DNA of 64,000 nt, from the NCBI GenBank assembly GCA_964016885.1, contig OZ024743.1:223076001-223140000 (forward strand), given 5' to 3'. Position numbers and translations under genes: made by a program. This document shows positions 1 to 10,082 of this stretch, one piece after another (positions within the stretch are counted from its first letter, which is position 1; the number at the start of each line of letters is the position of its first letter). The DNA is from Eledone cirrhosa (lineage: Eukaryota). Under the pieces are notes generated by a model. The model was not told the DNA's origin. It saw only the letters and a list, made by a program, of their open reading frames with translations, and did not search any database.

Positions 1-237
1 ATGCAAGAGGAAATTCAGTGTCGATTTCCACTCCTACATGCAAAGGCTAAGAGATTTTCTCTGCCTTTTCCAAGCTCATACTTAGTAGAGAGGTTTGGTG
101 CTGTTTCCAGACTGCACAGTAAGACTCACAACCGCTACAATGTAATTACACGAGGAGATCTCTGGCTACATCTTATGAAAATTCAGTCTCACGTCAAAGA
201 GTTAGCTAGACTCCATGAAGCCCAAGGGTCCCATTGA
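1..237 (+). pseudogene. C-terminal dimerisation region of a decayed hAT (Charlie/ZBED/SCAND3-like) transposase; 5' part lies outside the window
   Basis: Translation ...LPFPSSYLVER-FGAV...NRYNVITRGDLWLHL...HEAQGSH* matches the hAT-Charlie C-terminal pattern 'PFP(S/T)SYLVERGFSAV...RNRL...RGDLRL...HQ.QxSH*', with one codon missing (recognised by eye). Confidence 0.8.
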
Positions 238-700
238 AATGAGGTCAAAGTTAAAACTTGGATATGCTATTGTTACAAAGCAAACTAACAATTTTTTTAT
301 TTGTAGTTGCAGTCCATGGTCTCTAAGATCACAAAGCGGAGGGGGCATCAAGTTAGATATCAACATTTATTCTGTCCGTTTCATTAAAGGGAAAATTGGA
401 AAGCTTTGAAATAATATAATTGCCACTTTCTTCCAGATAAGAGCACTCTTTGGATAGATAGAGTTACTCTTGTATAAATGTTCAAAATAGCTGGTATCGA
501 CTGGTGGGAATATAACAAATTCAACTGGTCCTTATTCATAAAAAAGAACATTTATGTTCCTTTTTTTGAAATTCATATATTTCCTTTCAAGGAATGTATT
601 TATACTCTCAGCTGCCTGCAATGGTATCTTTGGAATATTGTTAATCAATTTTTTAGTAATATACTGATATCAAAATCAATAGTATATTGAAAAATGGAAA

Positions 701-810
701 AATAGGAGGGGGGGGGTTATGATTTCGAGGAATAGGAGGGGGGGGGGTTATGATTTCGAGGAACAAAAGGGGCATTTGGCCTAAATGGGTTGAGAACCTG
801 TGATTTAGAG
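701..810 (+). mobile_element. Putative right end of a hAT-Charlie element with a 30-bp tandem duplication
   Basis: AATAGGAG(G)nTTATGATTTCGAGG occurs at 701-730 and 731-761. GGTTGAGAACCTGTG (ends 802) resembles Charlie 3' TIRs, and the next 8 bases ATTTAGAG resemble a Charlie target site. The left end is not visible. Confidence 0.4.
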
Positions 811-1721
811 TATAGTTTTTGTTACACAACTCCATTAATGTAATGATTTTTTTACCAATTTCCAACCGTTTTGATGGCAATAATTCATTCAAAACACATT
901 TAAAAAATAGGAAAAAGAAATTTCACTCCCGAGGAGAAACCATTGTAATATGCACCACCAAAGTGAAACCAGTGTAATATTTACCCACAAAGCAAAAATA
1001 TTTTAGCACCTCATTTACATAGAATTTGGTAAAATATTAATCTCGAATATAAGCTGACTTCCTATTTTACCATAGAACTTGCTGTCACATATTTCTTGGC
1101 TTATATACAAGTATATGTTAATTGGAAATCATAGAAATTATATTCCATTAGAAATATAGTAACAGAGGCGTTCAAGTGTATATATTTATCTAAAGGATCT
1201 ATTATATGATTTAAAACACATCAAATAGTGCAACCCTGAGCCACAACTAACTGCAAATCCCCTAGCACAACCCTATAATTAATCTGAATAGTTTATCTAT
1301 GGCATCTTTGGTATGGAAGAGGTAGGTGGAAGTTGGCAATTGGAGATGCAATCTTTAGAAAAATTTTAAACAAAAATATTTACTGCTCCAAAGGAAAATG
1401 TTAGGTAGCTGATAAATATGAATGAGATTCAAACAAAATTCCGAACAGTTATACAAAATAAATGTTAGGATTCACAGCTGTAACACCATGGATTTGATTC
1501 TTGGTATGGGCAGTACGTTGTTTTTAAGCAAAACACTTCTTTCACAGTGTTTTTCATGATTGGACCCAGGCCTTATCATTAAATCATCCAAGAACCCTAA
1601 TATGAAATGCCAACTCATAAGAGTGAACTGTAAATTTCGTTTTTTTTTTCCATTTCAATAAGTTTACTGGGTTTCTGCTCAGTTAACTTATCTCCAATCA
1701 ACATCAGATTAAACACATTCC

Positions 1722-1820
1722 TTTTACTCTTTTACTAGCTTCAGTCATTAAACTGTGGCCATGTGGAGCATTGCCTTCAAGTCTCAGTCAATCATACCAG
1801 TCACGATATTCATTTTATTG
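1722..1820 (-). mobile_element. 3' tail fragment of an octopus-type (OR-like) SINE
   Basis: TTTTACTCTTTTACTAGCTTCAGTCATTAAACTGTGGCCATGTGGAGCATTGCCTTCAAG; a homologous copy lies at 7098-7160 and a reverse-orientation copy at 5220-5300. Confidence 0.7.
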
Positions 1821-1832
1821 AGCTGTATTTAA

Positions 1833-1980
1833 CCCTTTAGCATTTACATTACTCTATATTTACTATTGTATTTATTTTGAGAACAATGCCTTAACATAAG
1901 TATGAGCAGCCAGTTATGGCTGGTTTGAACAGAAAGAGGGGAGAGAATTCTGGCAATACGGCTGGTTTAAATCTAGGATT
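1833..1980. mobile_element. TTAA-flanked MITE remnant starting CCCTTTAGCATTTA
   Basis: TTAA|CCCTTTAGCATTTA at 1829-1846 is the same terminus as the MITE at 10557. The right end is degenerate and approximate. Confidence 0.45.
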
Positions 1981-2009
1981 GAATATAGAACTTCCACGCT
2001 GTAATGTGG

Positions 2010-2211
2010 CCGTGTAGGCAACACGGTAAAAAGCTCCCAGTCCACACTGTAAATGTGGTTGGTGTTAGGAAGGGCATCCAGCCGTAGTAAACGTGCCAGA
2101 TAGTGCTATATGAGCGAGACACGATCACCCGACCAATCTTCCCTCAAGTGGGACAATTCCTGTCTAAACCCATGCTAGCGTGGAAGATAGACGTTAAACG
2201 ATGATGACGAT
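2010..2211 (+). mobile_element. Retroelement (SINE or RTE-LINE-like) 3' end
   Basis: GTGGTTGGTGTTAGGAAGGGCATCCAGCCGTAG...CCATGCTAGCGTGGAAGATAGACGTTAAAC followed by a (GAT)n tail; a related decayed copy lies at 9600-10060. Confidence 0.65.
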
Positions 2212-2444
2212 GTAGACTGATCGATGTCACATAAAAAACAGGCTTATTTTACTCAATAAGCAGAATACAACAAATGCTTTAAGGTTATTTTCCCTATAAT
2301 AGTTAGCCATGTATATCCCATGACAAGCTGCATTCTGAAGTAATTGTAATTAAAGTTCACACCTATGTAGGTTTAGTTGGTCTCCTACAAGGTTGCATCT
2401 CATAGGTTTCTTGGGTGTATTAATGATAAGAACCCCAGTCTTAT

Positions 2445-2553
2445 CATGAAATGTCTTGTTCAAGAACACAATGCATTATCCGATCCAGGAATCAAACTCA
2501 TGACAATATGATCATGAGCCTAACACCCTAACCACATGGTTATGTGATTTCAC
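2445..2553 (-). mobile_element. tRNA-derived SINE head
   Basis: The reverse complement reads GTGGTTAGGGTGTT...GAGTTTGATTCC (degenerate A and B boxes) followed by TGTGTTCTTGAACAAGACATTTCA; a related + strand head lies at 3638-3720. Confidence 0.55.
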
Positions 2554-3222
2554 TGGGCTGAGTATGTAAGGTGTTCTTTCAACCCTTGTAGTTACCTTTT
2601 ATAACAGGCAGGCAAGCAGCATACCAATTCTAAACCAGAGACACACATCATTTTCAAAATGTAGAATGTAGTTATTAATTTTGTGAACCGAGATCATGAT
2701 TGGCAAGCTATATTAAATTCTCAAGTTAGAAAAAAACTAATTTGATTTGATAGTTGTACAAGCTGTTTATGGCTTCTTTCCTTTTCTCCAAAAGACTGCA
2801 CACATACACACGAATGACATCTTTATTTAAAACCTATTTAATGAAGCCTTAGAGTAATCTTAGTCTTTGAAAGATATTGCCTATTCTTTTCAAATCATTT
2901 TGAAAATAGTCAAGTATTTGGGTGATTTAGTAATATAATTTTATCATTATTAAACTGGTGTTTGGAATAGTAATAGTTCTGACAAAATTATAATGGAAGG
3001 TTTTTAGATAAATATAAGCAGTTTAAAACAAACAGATTTTTTAGTCTAGATCCAGGTGCTGCTTCAGGTGGTCTGGTATCAATAGGAGGAATTACCTTCT
3101 AAAGGTCTTTGAAAAATGAAATTTACAGTTCACACTAATGCAGGTATAGCTAGCTTCCTTTAAGGTCATATCTCATATGAGGTTTCTCAGATTATTATTA
3201 CAAAAGCACCCATACTTTAGAT

Positions 3223-3472
3223 CAGCGGACGCCAAGCTTTTGGACCTCACGGACCACTAATGGTCAATGGTCGAAACAATACTGAAGCGTACATGTGTCA
3301 TATTGTCGATAGATGTGTAAAATTCTTTCATGGATGTCAGTTCTTTTCTGAGAAGAAACATTTTTTAGCGGGGTTTATAAAATATATTTTAACCAAAAAT
3401 TATTTTAATTTTATTATAAAAATTGTAAATAATGTCCACATTTTTCTGCAGACCACCAGTTGGCGACCGCTG
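3223..3472. mobile_element. Non-autonomous hAT (Charlie-type) MITE, 250 bp
   Basis: TIRs CAGCGGACGCCAA and TTGGCGACCGCTG match at 12/13 positions. A perfect 8-bp TSD CTTTAGAT lies at 3215-3222 and 3473-3480. Confidence 0.9.
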
Positions 3473-3637
3473 CTTTAGATGGTAAGCATGCAAGTTTATG
3501 AAGCCATAAGTGTCTGTGTGACAGCGTTGGGTGTTAGTTACCCCATTGATCCTAATATATTCAGATTTCCTCAACTCTCACATGTAATTTACGAGGTTAA
3601 TATAATAAAGTTATTTAACAATGAAAATAATGACAAT

Positions 3638-3735
3638 ATGAAGGCGTGCGACCTATGGTTAGAGTTTTGGACTCACAATAATAAAGTCATGAGTTTGATT
3701 TATAGAGAAAAATGCTTTATTTTATCTTTTCATGA
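3638..3735 (+). mobile_element. Decayed tRNA-derived SINE head
   Basis: ATGAAGGCGTGCGACCTATGGTTAGAGTTTTGGACTCACAAT...TCATGAGTTTGATT, homologous to the reverse complement of 2445-2553. Confidence 0.45.
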
Positions 3736-4004
3736 TAAGACCTTATCTTCAAAACAGTTGAAAAACCTACTGAGATGCAATCTCGTAAGAGACTAACTAA
3801 ACCGTCATAGTTGTGAACTGAAAGTTTCTTTTCTTCTTCTTCTAAAAAATAAACAAAAACAAAAAAAAAAAACATATTTGGAATTGAAACTGGATGGAGA
3901 TTAACATGATGGGAAGGAGCTTTTCTGCATATGGCATTTATAAGAAATGCCCTCAAAATATTGAGGTTTATGAAAAAGAAAATCATGGTTCAAAGTTTTG
4001 ATAT

Positions 4005-4704
4005 GGTTTAATGACTCCCACCCCTTCCGATTTTGATTTCTCATAACTTTCTTAATAATGGAAATTTTTAATGAAATATTGCAGATACATTTTCAAATTC
4101 TTACCCAAGCATTCATTATCAATATGAAATTCGAAGGCGTGATTGAAAAAAATTTCCGATTATGAAAACATTAACGAGCAGAATTATACGATAATGAAAG
4201 TATTTAAAAAAATTAAATTGTTTTAAATTATATCTATCAACATAATAGTAATCTGCATCATGGAAAATATATCCTACAAAATTTCATTAAAAAAATATGC
4301 GTTAAGAATTAAGAAAGTTATATGGAAACAGCGTTGGGAGTTTATGTTTAGCCTACGTCAAAATACAAATAGAAAGTATTCGGTTAATTAACAAACGGAA
4401 CAATACATTTATCAAGATCATCGTAATCTACACAATGGAAAACCTGTCTATGCAAATTTTCATTAAAAATATGGATTATTAAGAAAGTTATAAGGAAAAA
4501 AGGCACATTTCCAGGTTTCCGGTATCTATCAATATATCAATATGTTCACCCATTAAGAGAACCATTCGTAGTCCTTCGTTTTAAGATCAAATACAACTTC
4601 TGATAATTTTCGTGAATGTCGGCTGTTGATCCAAACGATACATCAACATACAAATACAGTAGCTTTCATTCAATATTTGGAAATCAGACTCGACTATCCT
4701 TTAA
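4005..4704. mobile_element. Decayed non-autonomous DNA transposon, possibly Kolobok-like
   Basis: ATAACTTTCTTAATAAT...TTTTAATGAAAT (4043-4077) is inverted relative to two direct copies of TTTCATTAAAAA...ATTAAGAAAGTTAT (~4282-4321 and ~4458-4491). The right end reads ...ACTATCCT|TTAA; no left end was found. Confidence 0.35.
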
Positions 4705-5049
4705 TGTATTATTTTATCTATTTTCTTTGACATTAAATCACTCAATTTGAATCATTTTTGCTTTTAGATTTCATTTTCTTTGATAATAAATCAGGTAAAG
4801 CCCACTTTAATTTTAGTTACGATTGCGATTGACTATTGTTATTTTCAACTGAAAGTGCCAGTGATCTTCAAACGAAAAATTACCGAAATATTCACATCAC
4901 ATTTCTTTCATTAATCCTCTTCACAATCTGTGTGTGGGTGAGATTTTCGTCTACCAATTTCATTCACATGACATTGATAATACAATCTGCACATGGTTTA
5001 AATGTTAGGAATATTTAATTAAATCAAACACACACACATATATGAAATG

Positions 5050-5570
5050 GACCTCCGTTGGATTCGACAATGAGTATTCCGGTTATTCGATTAACAAACA
5101 GCCCGCCGTGAAATTTATGTGTAAAAATTCAGTGACACCATATGTGACAAAGCTAAGGCCTTTGAATTACAGGTAAACTCCATCTGACGGGAGCTCAGTT
5201 TCCAGACTTGAAGAAAACAAGTACTGAGATCTATATGATCGACTAAAAATTCCTTTAAGGTTATTTCCTAACATGGCAGCAGTTTAATGACCAGTAAAAG
5301 TGAAGTCAGTTTAATTTTACCCACAAGACATGGGTCGACTTGAGGTTATGGTAAATGACACTTGTCGAAATGTTACTCAATTAGATCGAACACGGAACCT
5401 AATGATTGCGAAACGAACTCATTAACTATTCAGCCATGCTGCGCCAGACACACACAATCTCTATATACACACACACACAATCATTAGGTCACAAGTTCAA
5501 TCCAACTGCGTAATATTTTGGCAAGTGTAATTTACCATAGCCGTGAGTTCACCAAAATACATGGCAAACC
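5050..5570. mobile_element. Cluster of decayed SINE fragments (tail on + at 5220-5300, head on - at 5320-5445, head fragment on + at 5485-5560)
   Basis: AGTACTGAGATCTATATGATCGACTAAAAATTCCTTTAAGG...CATGGCAGCAGTTTAATGACCAGTAAAAG is the reverse complement of the 1722 and 7098 tails. GACACTTG...GAACACGGAACC...CAGCCATGCTGCGCC matches 7250-7317. Confidence 0.55.
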
Positions 5571-6235
5571 AGCGTACGGCTTATCTACTGGACATTCAAA
5601 ACCTTAATTCAAAATATATGGTACAGTGTAAATGTATGTAGGATGAAAGTGCGATTTATAAAAAAATATATACTGTATATATGTGTACGTGTACGTGTGT
5701 AATACAATGAAAGAACATCACCAGAGAACGACAAATTACAATAACAGTAAATTAGATGGGTTGTAACGTTTCAGGCGATAGTCTTTCATTGGAAAGGAAA
5801 GAAAAACAGGGAGAGAAACGAGGAGAAAATGTGGATAGTTTATATATACACACACACACACATATATATATATATTGTATGAACTTTAGGAAATGATAAT
5901 GAAAGCATTATGAGTAGATGAGATACATAAACTTTCAATTTTTTGAGACACGACTTTTTATATTTCGATCTGTTAAAAAGAAACATTCTTGAGCCTGCTT
6001 TGAAGAGAATGTCAAATGGTTTGAAAAAAAATATATCGCGCACCAAGTCTTCGTTTAAATATCACATAACTTCCGGTAATCCACCCTCCCCTCAAAAAAA
6101 TTATCAGCACGATCGTAGTGTTCTTCACCTTCGAAAATGTATGTTTTCTTCATAACTCCAGTTTACTGTCCCCCACATGACATTTTCATTATAACTTTCA
6201 CAAAGCAGATTTTCTGAGCAGAGATACCAATACAT

Positions 6236-6237
<2 letters not shown>

Positions 6238-6274
<37 letters not shown>
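6238..6274. repeat. (TA)n microsatellite
   Basis: Directly visible. Other tracts: 6706-6728 (TA)n, 5841-5874 TA/CA, 9170-9225 AAAT then TA. Confidence 0.95.
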
Positions 6275-6280
<6 letters not shown>

Positions 6281-6564
6281 ATAGCAGGAGGTTGGACTGG
6301 TGTAAATCCTTGAAAGGTTTATTATACTATGATCATTTCAATGACCGGGTTCCATATGAATCTGGTGATATCATCAGGTATTCGAAATATAACAAAGGAA
6401 TATGTAAAAACCATGGACCCATGGTTTTTACATATTCCTTTGTTATATTTCGAATACCTGATGATATCACCAGATTCATATGGAACCCGGTCATTGAAAT
6501 GATCATAGTATAATAAACCTTTCAAGGATTTACACCAGTCCAACCTCCTGCTATTTTATTTATA
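6271..6564. repeat. Perfect inverted repeat: 146-bp arms (6271-6416 and 6419-6564) with a 2-nt spacer AC
   Basis: The arms are reverse complements of each other. The mirror ORFs 6292..6513(+) and 6322..6543(-) differ only at the central codon. Confidence 0.97.
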
Positions 6565-6705
6565 ATTAACTCCGTATTCGCATCATCAACTACACAAACG
6601 AGGACGGGTGAACTGCACTACGTTGAGTACTCTCCACAATATTACACCAAGATTGACCATACGGAATGACCAATTCTATCCAGTGGTGAACCAACAAACC
6701 TAAAG
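6271..6705 (+). mobile_element. Probable non-autonomous Penelope-like element (inverted pLTR arrangement) inserted into a (TA)n tract
   Basis: Bounded on both sides by (TA)n. The 5' portion is an inverted copy. The right arm contains CTGATGA (6458-6464), GAACCCGGTC (6483-6492) and AATAAA (6512-6517), resembling a Penelope pLTR with a minimal hammerhead. Confidence 0.45.
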
Positions 6706-7097
6706 ATATATATATATATATATATATAAATCATTATTTTCACTCACATAAAAATGCCAGAAATTATCTCGTTATCTGTGATCTTAAAACGAAAGATTAC
6801 CTTAGTGATCTTATAAAAATACTTAGTGCAAACACATACAAGGGGATTTTTGTTTATACAGACGAATGGTGGAAAAAATGCCTTCTGGTGACTAATAGTT
6901 AAATATTCTTTCCAACATAACGTACAGATATAAGGAAAGGTTTTGAGCAAATTAAAAATATTATTGATTTTTTATGGGGCTAGAAATTGCATGTAAACTA
7001 TATGTATTTAATGGGTGAAAGAGGGAGGTGGTGAAAATTCATAAGTTCTAGAAATATCGCGTGTAAAATTGGTTGTTTAGCCCTAGGTCAGATGACT

Positions 7098-7317
7098 TCA
7101 CTCTTACTGTCGTTTCAGTCATTGAACTGCGGCCATGCTGGGAAATCACTTTAAAGGAATTTTTAGTCCATCATATAGATCCTTATCTTATCGAAATTAT
7201 ATTCAGGATATGGACACACTTGCAGCTTCAGCCCATGGCTATAATAAATCTTGCCCAAACAGAAGGATTGAACCCAAAACCACAGTTGAGAAGCAAACGC
7301 CTTAAACATACTGCGCC
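7098..7317 (-). mobile_element. Internally deleted tRNA-derived SINE with both head and tail
   Basis: Tail TTTCAGTCATTGAACTGCGGCCATGCTGGG and head CTTGCCCAA...GGATTGAACCCAAAACC...ACTGCGCC; the B-box-like GGGTTCAATCC is on the minus strand. Confidence 0.65.
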
Positions 7318-7818
7318 CGTCATCATACTGTCTTACACACACACATATACTCAGGACATTATTTTTAAGACGACAGTGAGATTCAGTTGCTATTTCTAGC
7401 AATCTGAACGACTACGTGGAGTTTTATGTGATCACATAACTTAGTCGATATTAAAAGAAAATCAAAATTACACACACATATCTACGTATTTATGCGCATG
7501 TCGTAGTTACCCCAGGTATTAAAAACTATATGACACACGTCTTGTATATTCATGCGCATGTCGTTAATTCCACCCAGGTATTATTGGAAACGAATAAATA
7601 AGACTACACGCTCACACGTTATCGAATTTCAAACGGTTTTCTTTTATTTTAAGCCTTCAAATAAAAATAAGTGGGACAAACAACTTCCGAAAATGCCACC
7701 ACCATCTCCTAGATATATAAATATAGATCCCGAGTGATTATCGGGGGCTAAACAGTTAAAAAAGGTACTCAATACATTATAGAATGCAAGCATCATTATT
7801 TAATCTAGAAATTACTTC

Positions 7819-7881
7819 TACAGGACTAGAACTGTTTCATTCCTGATGATTTCATACGAATGAAACGGTTCTAGTCATGTA
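7819..7881. repeat. Hairpin with 24-bp arms (2 mismatches) and a 15-nt loop containing CTGATGA
   Basis: TACAGGACTAGAACTGTTTCATTC (7819-7842) pairs with GAATGAAACGGTTCTAGTCATGTA (7858-7881). Confidence 0.85.
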
Positions 7882-8189
7882 AAAATATAAGCAACTAATA
7901 AGGAAATATAAAACGTTTTTTTTTTCAATATAACGTTTGAAAGATAAAATTATCCCTACTCAGACTAGTAAAATCCTTAATCAACTTAGTACTCCATACT
8001 TTAAAGAAAGTAGAATGTAGATATTTAAATACATGTAAGCCCTACGGTTAAGCTTAAACTGTTTCAATCGTAGAGTGGAAATTGAAATATATATATCGCC
8101 GCTACAAGGGTAAAACATATTCAATGATTTCTCTGGCGTTTTTTTTTCTAGTCAAATCAGCAAAACACGGCTATACTTGTTCCTCTTAC

Positions 8190-8594
8190 CTCATATGTAA
8201 CAGGCGGGACATTCCGGATAATAATTTTCCTTTCCTTGTTATATTCTCGTTTGGCTCGCGCAATCAGTTCTTCTGTAGTTAATTCGGGTTCGCCGGATGC
8301 TGGAGCATCACCTCCTTGTGCAGATGGATCAGAGTTTTTGTTGTCTCCACCGCTATCGCCACCATCATCCTCTTCGTCGTCGTTATTTTGTTGTCCAGTG
8401 TTACTGTAACTGGTCTCCTCTTCCTCCTCCTTACGTTGTTTTTTCAATCGGCTCTCTTGCTGCATCTTACTGGAACGTGTTCTTCGTTTAGTATCACATT
8501 CGGTAACTTCATTATCCTCTAGGGATTTGTGACCAGAAACATTCTGTAGGCCACCACTGTCACTAGAATCTGATTGACACTGTCTATTCGCCAT
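8190..8594 (-). CDS. RAVER1: First coding exon (135 codons) of a RAVER1/RAVER2-like (ribonucleoprotein PTB-binding) RRM protein; downstream exons not identified in the window
   Basis: ATG at 8594 (aatATGG). An acidic low-complexity N-terminus is followed by PELTTEELIARAKREYNKERKIIIRNVPPVTYE, which resembles RAVER 'EEI..RLE...RQF.NRRKILIRGLP.DVTNQ' at the start of RRM1. A strong phase-0 donor GAG|GTAAGA lies at 8190/8189, apparently the same position as the vertebrate exon 1 end (from memory). Confidence 0.72.
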
Positions 8595-8650
8595 ATTGGT
8601 ATCTGGTTCATGAAGTATATGTGCGCAGTACGCATGCGCAAACGGAAGAG
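8586..8650 (-). promoter_or_regulatory. Housekeeping-type promoter motifs: NRF1-like, ETS/GABP-like and YY1-like
   Basis: TGCGCAGTACGCATGCGCA (8622-8640) contains an NRF1-like GCATGCGCA. CGGAAG at 8643-8648 is an ETS core. AATATGGCG overlapping the ATG is YY1-like. The region is locally CpG-rich in an AT-rich background. Confidence 0.55.
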
Positions 8651-9185
8651 ATACTGCAAGAGCTTCGATATTGTTTGTATGTAGGAGAGCCTGAGTAGGG
8701 CGCAAGAGAATTTTTCGTATTTGAGAAATACAAAGATCTTTCGTGTTATTATATTTGTAAGGTTGAATATGTGTGTATTTTTTATTTTAAATATTTTTGT
8801 GTATTTCATTTCATACCAAACTGATTCAGTCATAACTTTAAAGGAATTAATTTTCGTAAATTGTTCTAATTTTAGTATGTTAAAAAACGTAATTTTATTA
8901 TTTTCCACTGAGATATAGCAGTTTATTTTATTTAGGCTTAAAACAGTCAACTTTGTATAATTTCATTCAATAACACCGTAAATAATAAACATATTTTTTT
9001 GTTATTGTCATTATGGTTGTTGTTATTTAAAATGGAATATGATATATGAACAGACCGTCTGGTGTAGTAACCTCAGACCATAAAAAGTTTGCAGCAATAT
9101 AGGGAAGGAAAAGAATCTAGCTCAAATTTCCGCTATATCATATAAACAGGTAGTAAGAGAGAGTTTTATAATAATAAATAAATAA

Positions 9186-9229
<44 letters not shown>

Positions 9230-9284
9230 GAGTCAGGACCCCGACGGCTGAGCTCTTGCCGTTTCAACAGATAGATAAATTGGT

Positions 9285-9420
9285 AAGGCGGTGAAGTAAC
9301 AGTTGTTTGACGTGTCAGATAGAATGTTATGCAGTATTTGTTCCGGCTCTTTGCTTTTCATCTTTTCAAGGTCGATAAATAAAGTACCAGTTGAATATTG
9401 TAGTCGATTCTCCACCCCCT
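9285..9420 (+). mobile_element. Decayed tRNA-derived SINE (OR1-like)
   Basis: AAGGCGGTGAAG...TTTGCTTTTCATCTTTTCAAGGTCGATAAATAAAGTACCAGTTG...GTCGAT resembles a common octopus SINE body (from memory). Confidence 0.55.
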
Positions 9421-9598
9421 CTCTTTCTGGAAGAAGTCAGCTTCGTTCAGACTTGGAGAGGGATGGCCCCTCCTGGTTTAAAAGTTACGACAGTGCCCCT
9501 ATGACTCCACCAGAAGTTAATGGCCAGAAGATACAAAAATGGTAAATTCTATGAGAGTGTTCCAAGAAAAAAAAAGAGATTTGCTCACACATTAATAG

Positions 9599-9850
9599 TC
9601 ACCCAGTACACTCTATAAAGTAGTAGTGTTGGTACCATGATAAAATGCACCCAGTACAATATGAAAATTGATAGTGCTGTTGCCATGATAAAATGCATCC
9701 ATTACACTCTGAAAAGTGATAGTGCTGTTGCTATGATAAAATGCATCCAGTGTACTCTGTAAGGTGCTGTTGCCTTGATATAATGCACCCAGCACACTGA
9801 AGTGGTAGTCTAGGTGCCATGATAAAATGTACCAAACACACTCTGTAACA
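9599..9850 (+). repeat. Minisatellite of about 5 copies of a 42-48-bp unit
   Basis: The anchor (A/T)TGATA(A/T)AATG occurs at 9637, 9685, 9733, 9775 and 9819. Confidence 0.85.
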
Positions 9851-9896
9851 TGGTTGACAATATGAATGATATGCAGCCTTAGAAACTGTGTCAACT

Positions 9897-10038
9897 TGGA
9901 ACATATAAGCAGGTCATCATCCTCAGACCTGTCTAGTCTCAGATTGTGACAGACCATGTCAAAATGGAACATATAAGCAGAACTTTATCCTCTGACCTGT
10001 CAAGTCAAAGATTGTGACAAAACCATGCCAAAATGGAA
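9897..10038 (+). repeat. 68-69-bp tandem duplication within a retroelement 3' end
   Basis: TGGAACATATAAGCAG...GACCTGTC...AGATTGTGACA...ACCATG.CAAAA starts at 9897 and 9965; it is followed by TGGAAAATGGACTTAAAATGAGGATGA, which is similar to 2181-2211. Confidence 0.8.
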
Positions 10039-10082
10039 AATGGACTTAAAATGAGGATGAATTGTAATGATAGAAAACTTTG

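Noticed and set aside
2445-2553. tRNA gene
   Set aside because: The A and B boxes are degenerate, there is no cloverleaf, and SINE body sequence follows.
3798-3841. Possible minus-strand exon (T-rich tract plus TAG acceptor at 3842-3844, GTTAGT donor)
   Set aside because: The phase-0 translation KKKKRNFQFTTMTV does not continue an RRM, and an A-rich tract can mimic an acceptor. RNA-seq would be needed.
6292-6543. Twin 73-aa ORFs on opposite strands
   Set aside because: They are a by-product of the palindrome, use non-ATG starts and have no recognisable domain.
8595-8705. Upstream extension of the 182-aa ORF
   Set aside because: It starts at a non-ATG codon and runs through promoter motifs. 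The first ATG is at 8594, and the ORF beyond 8190 is intronic.
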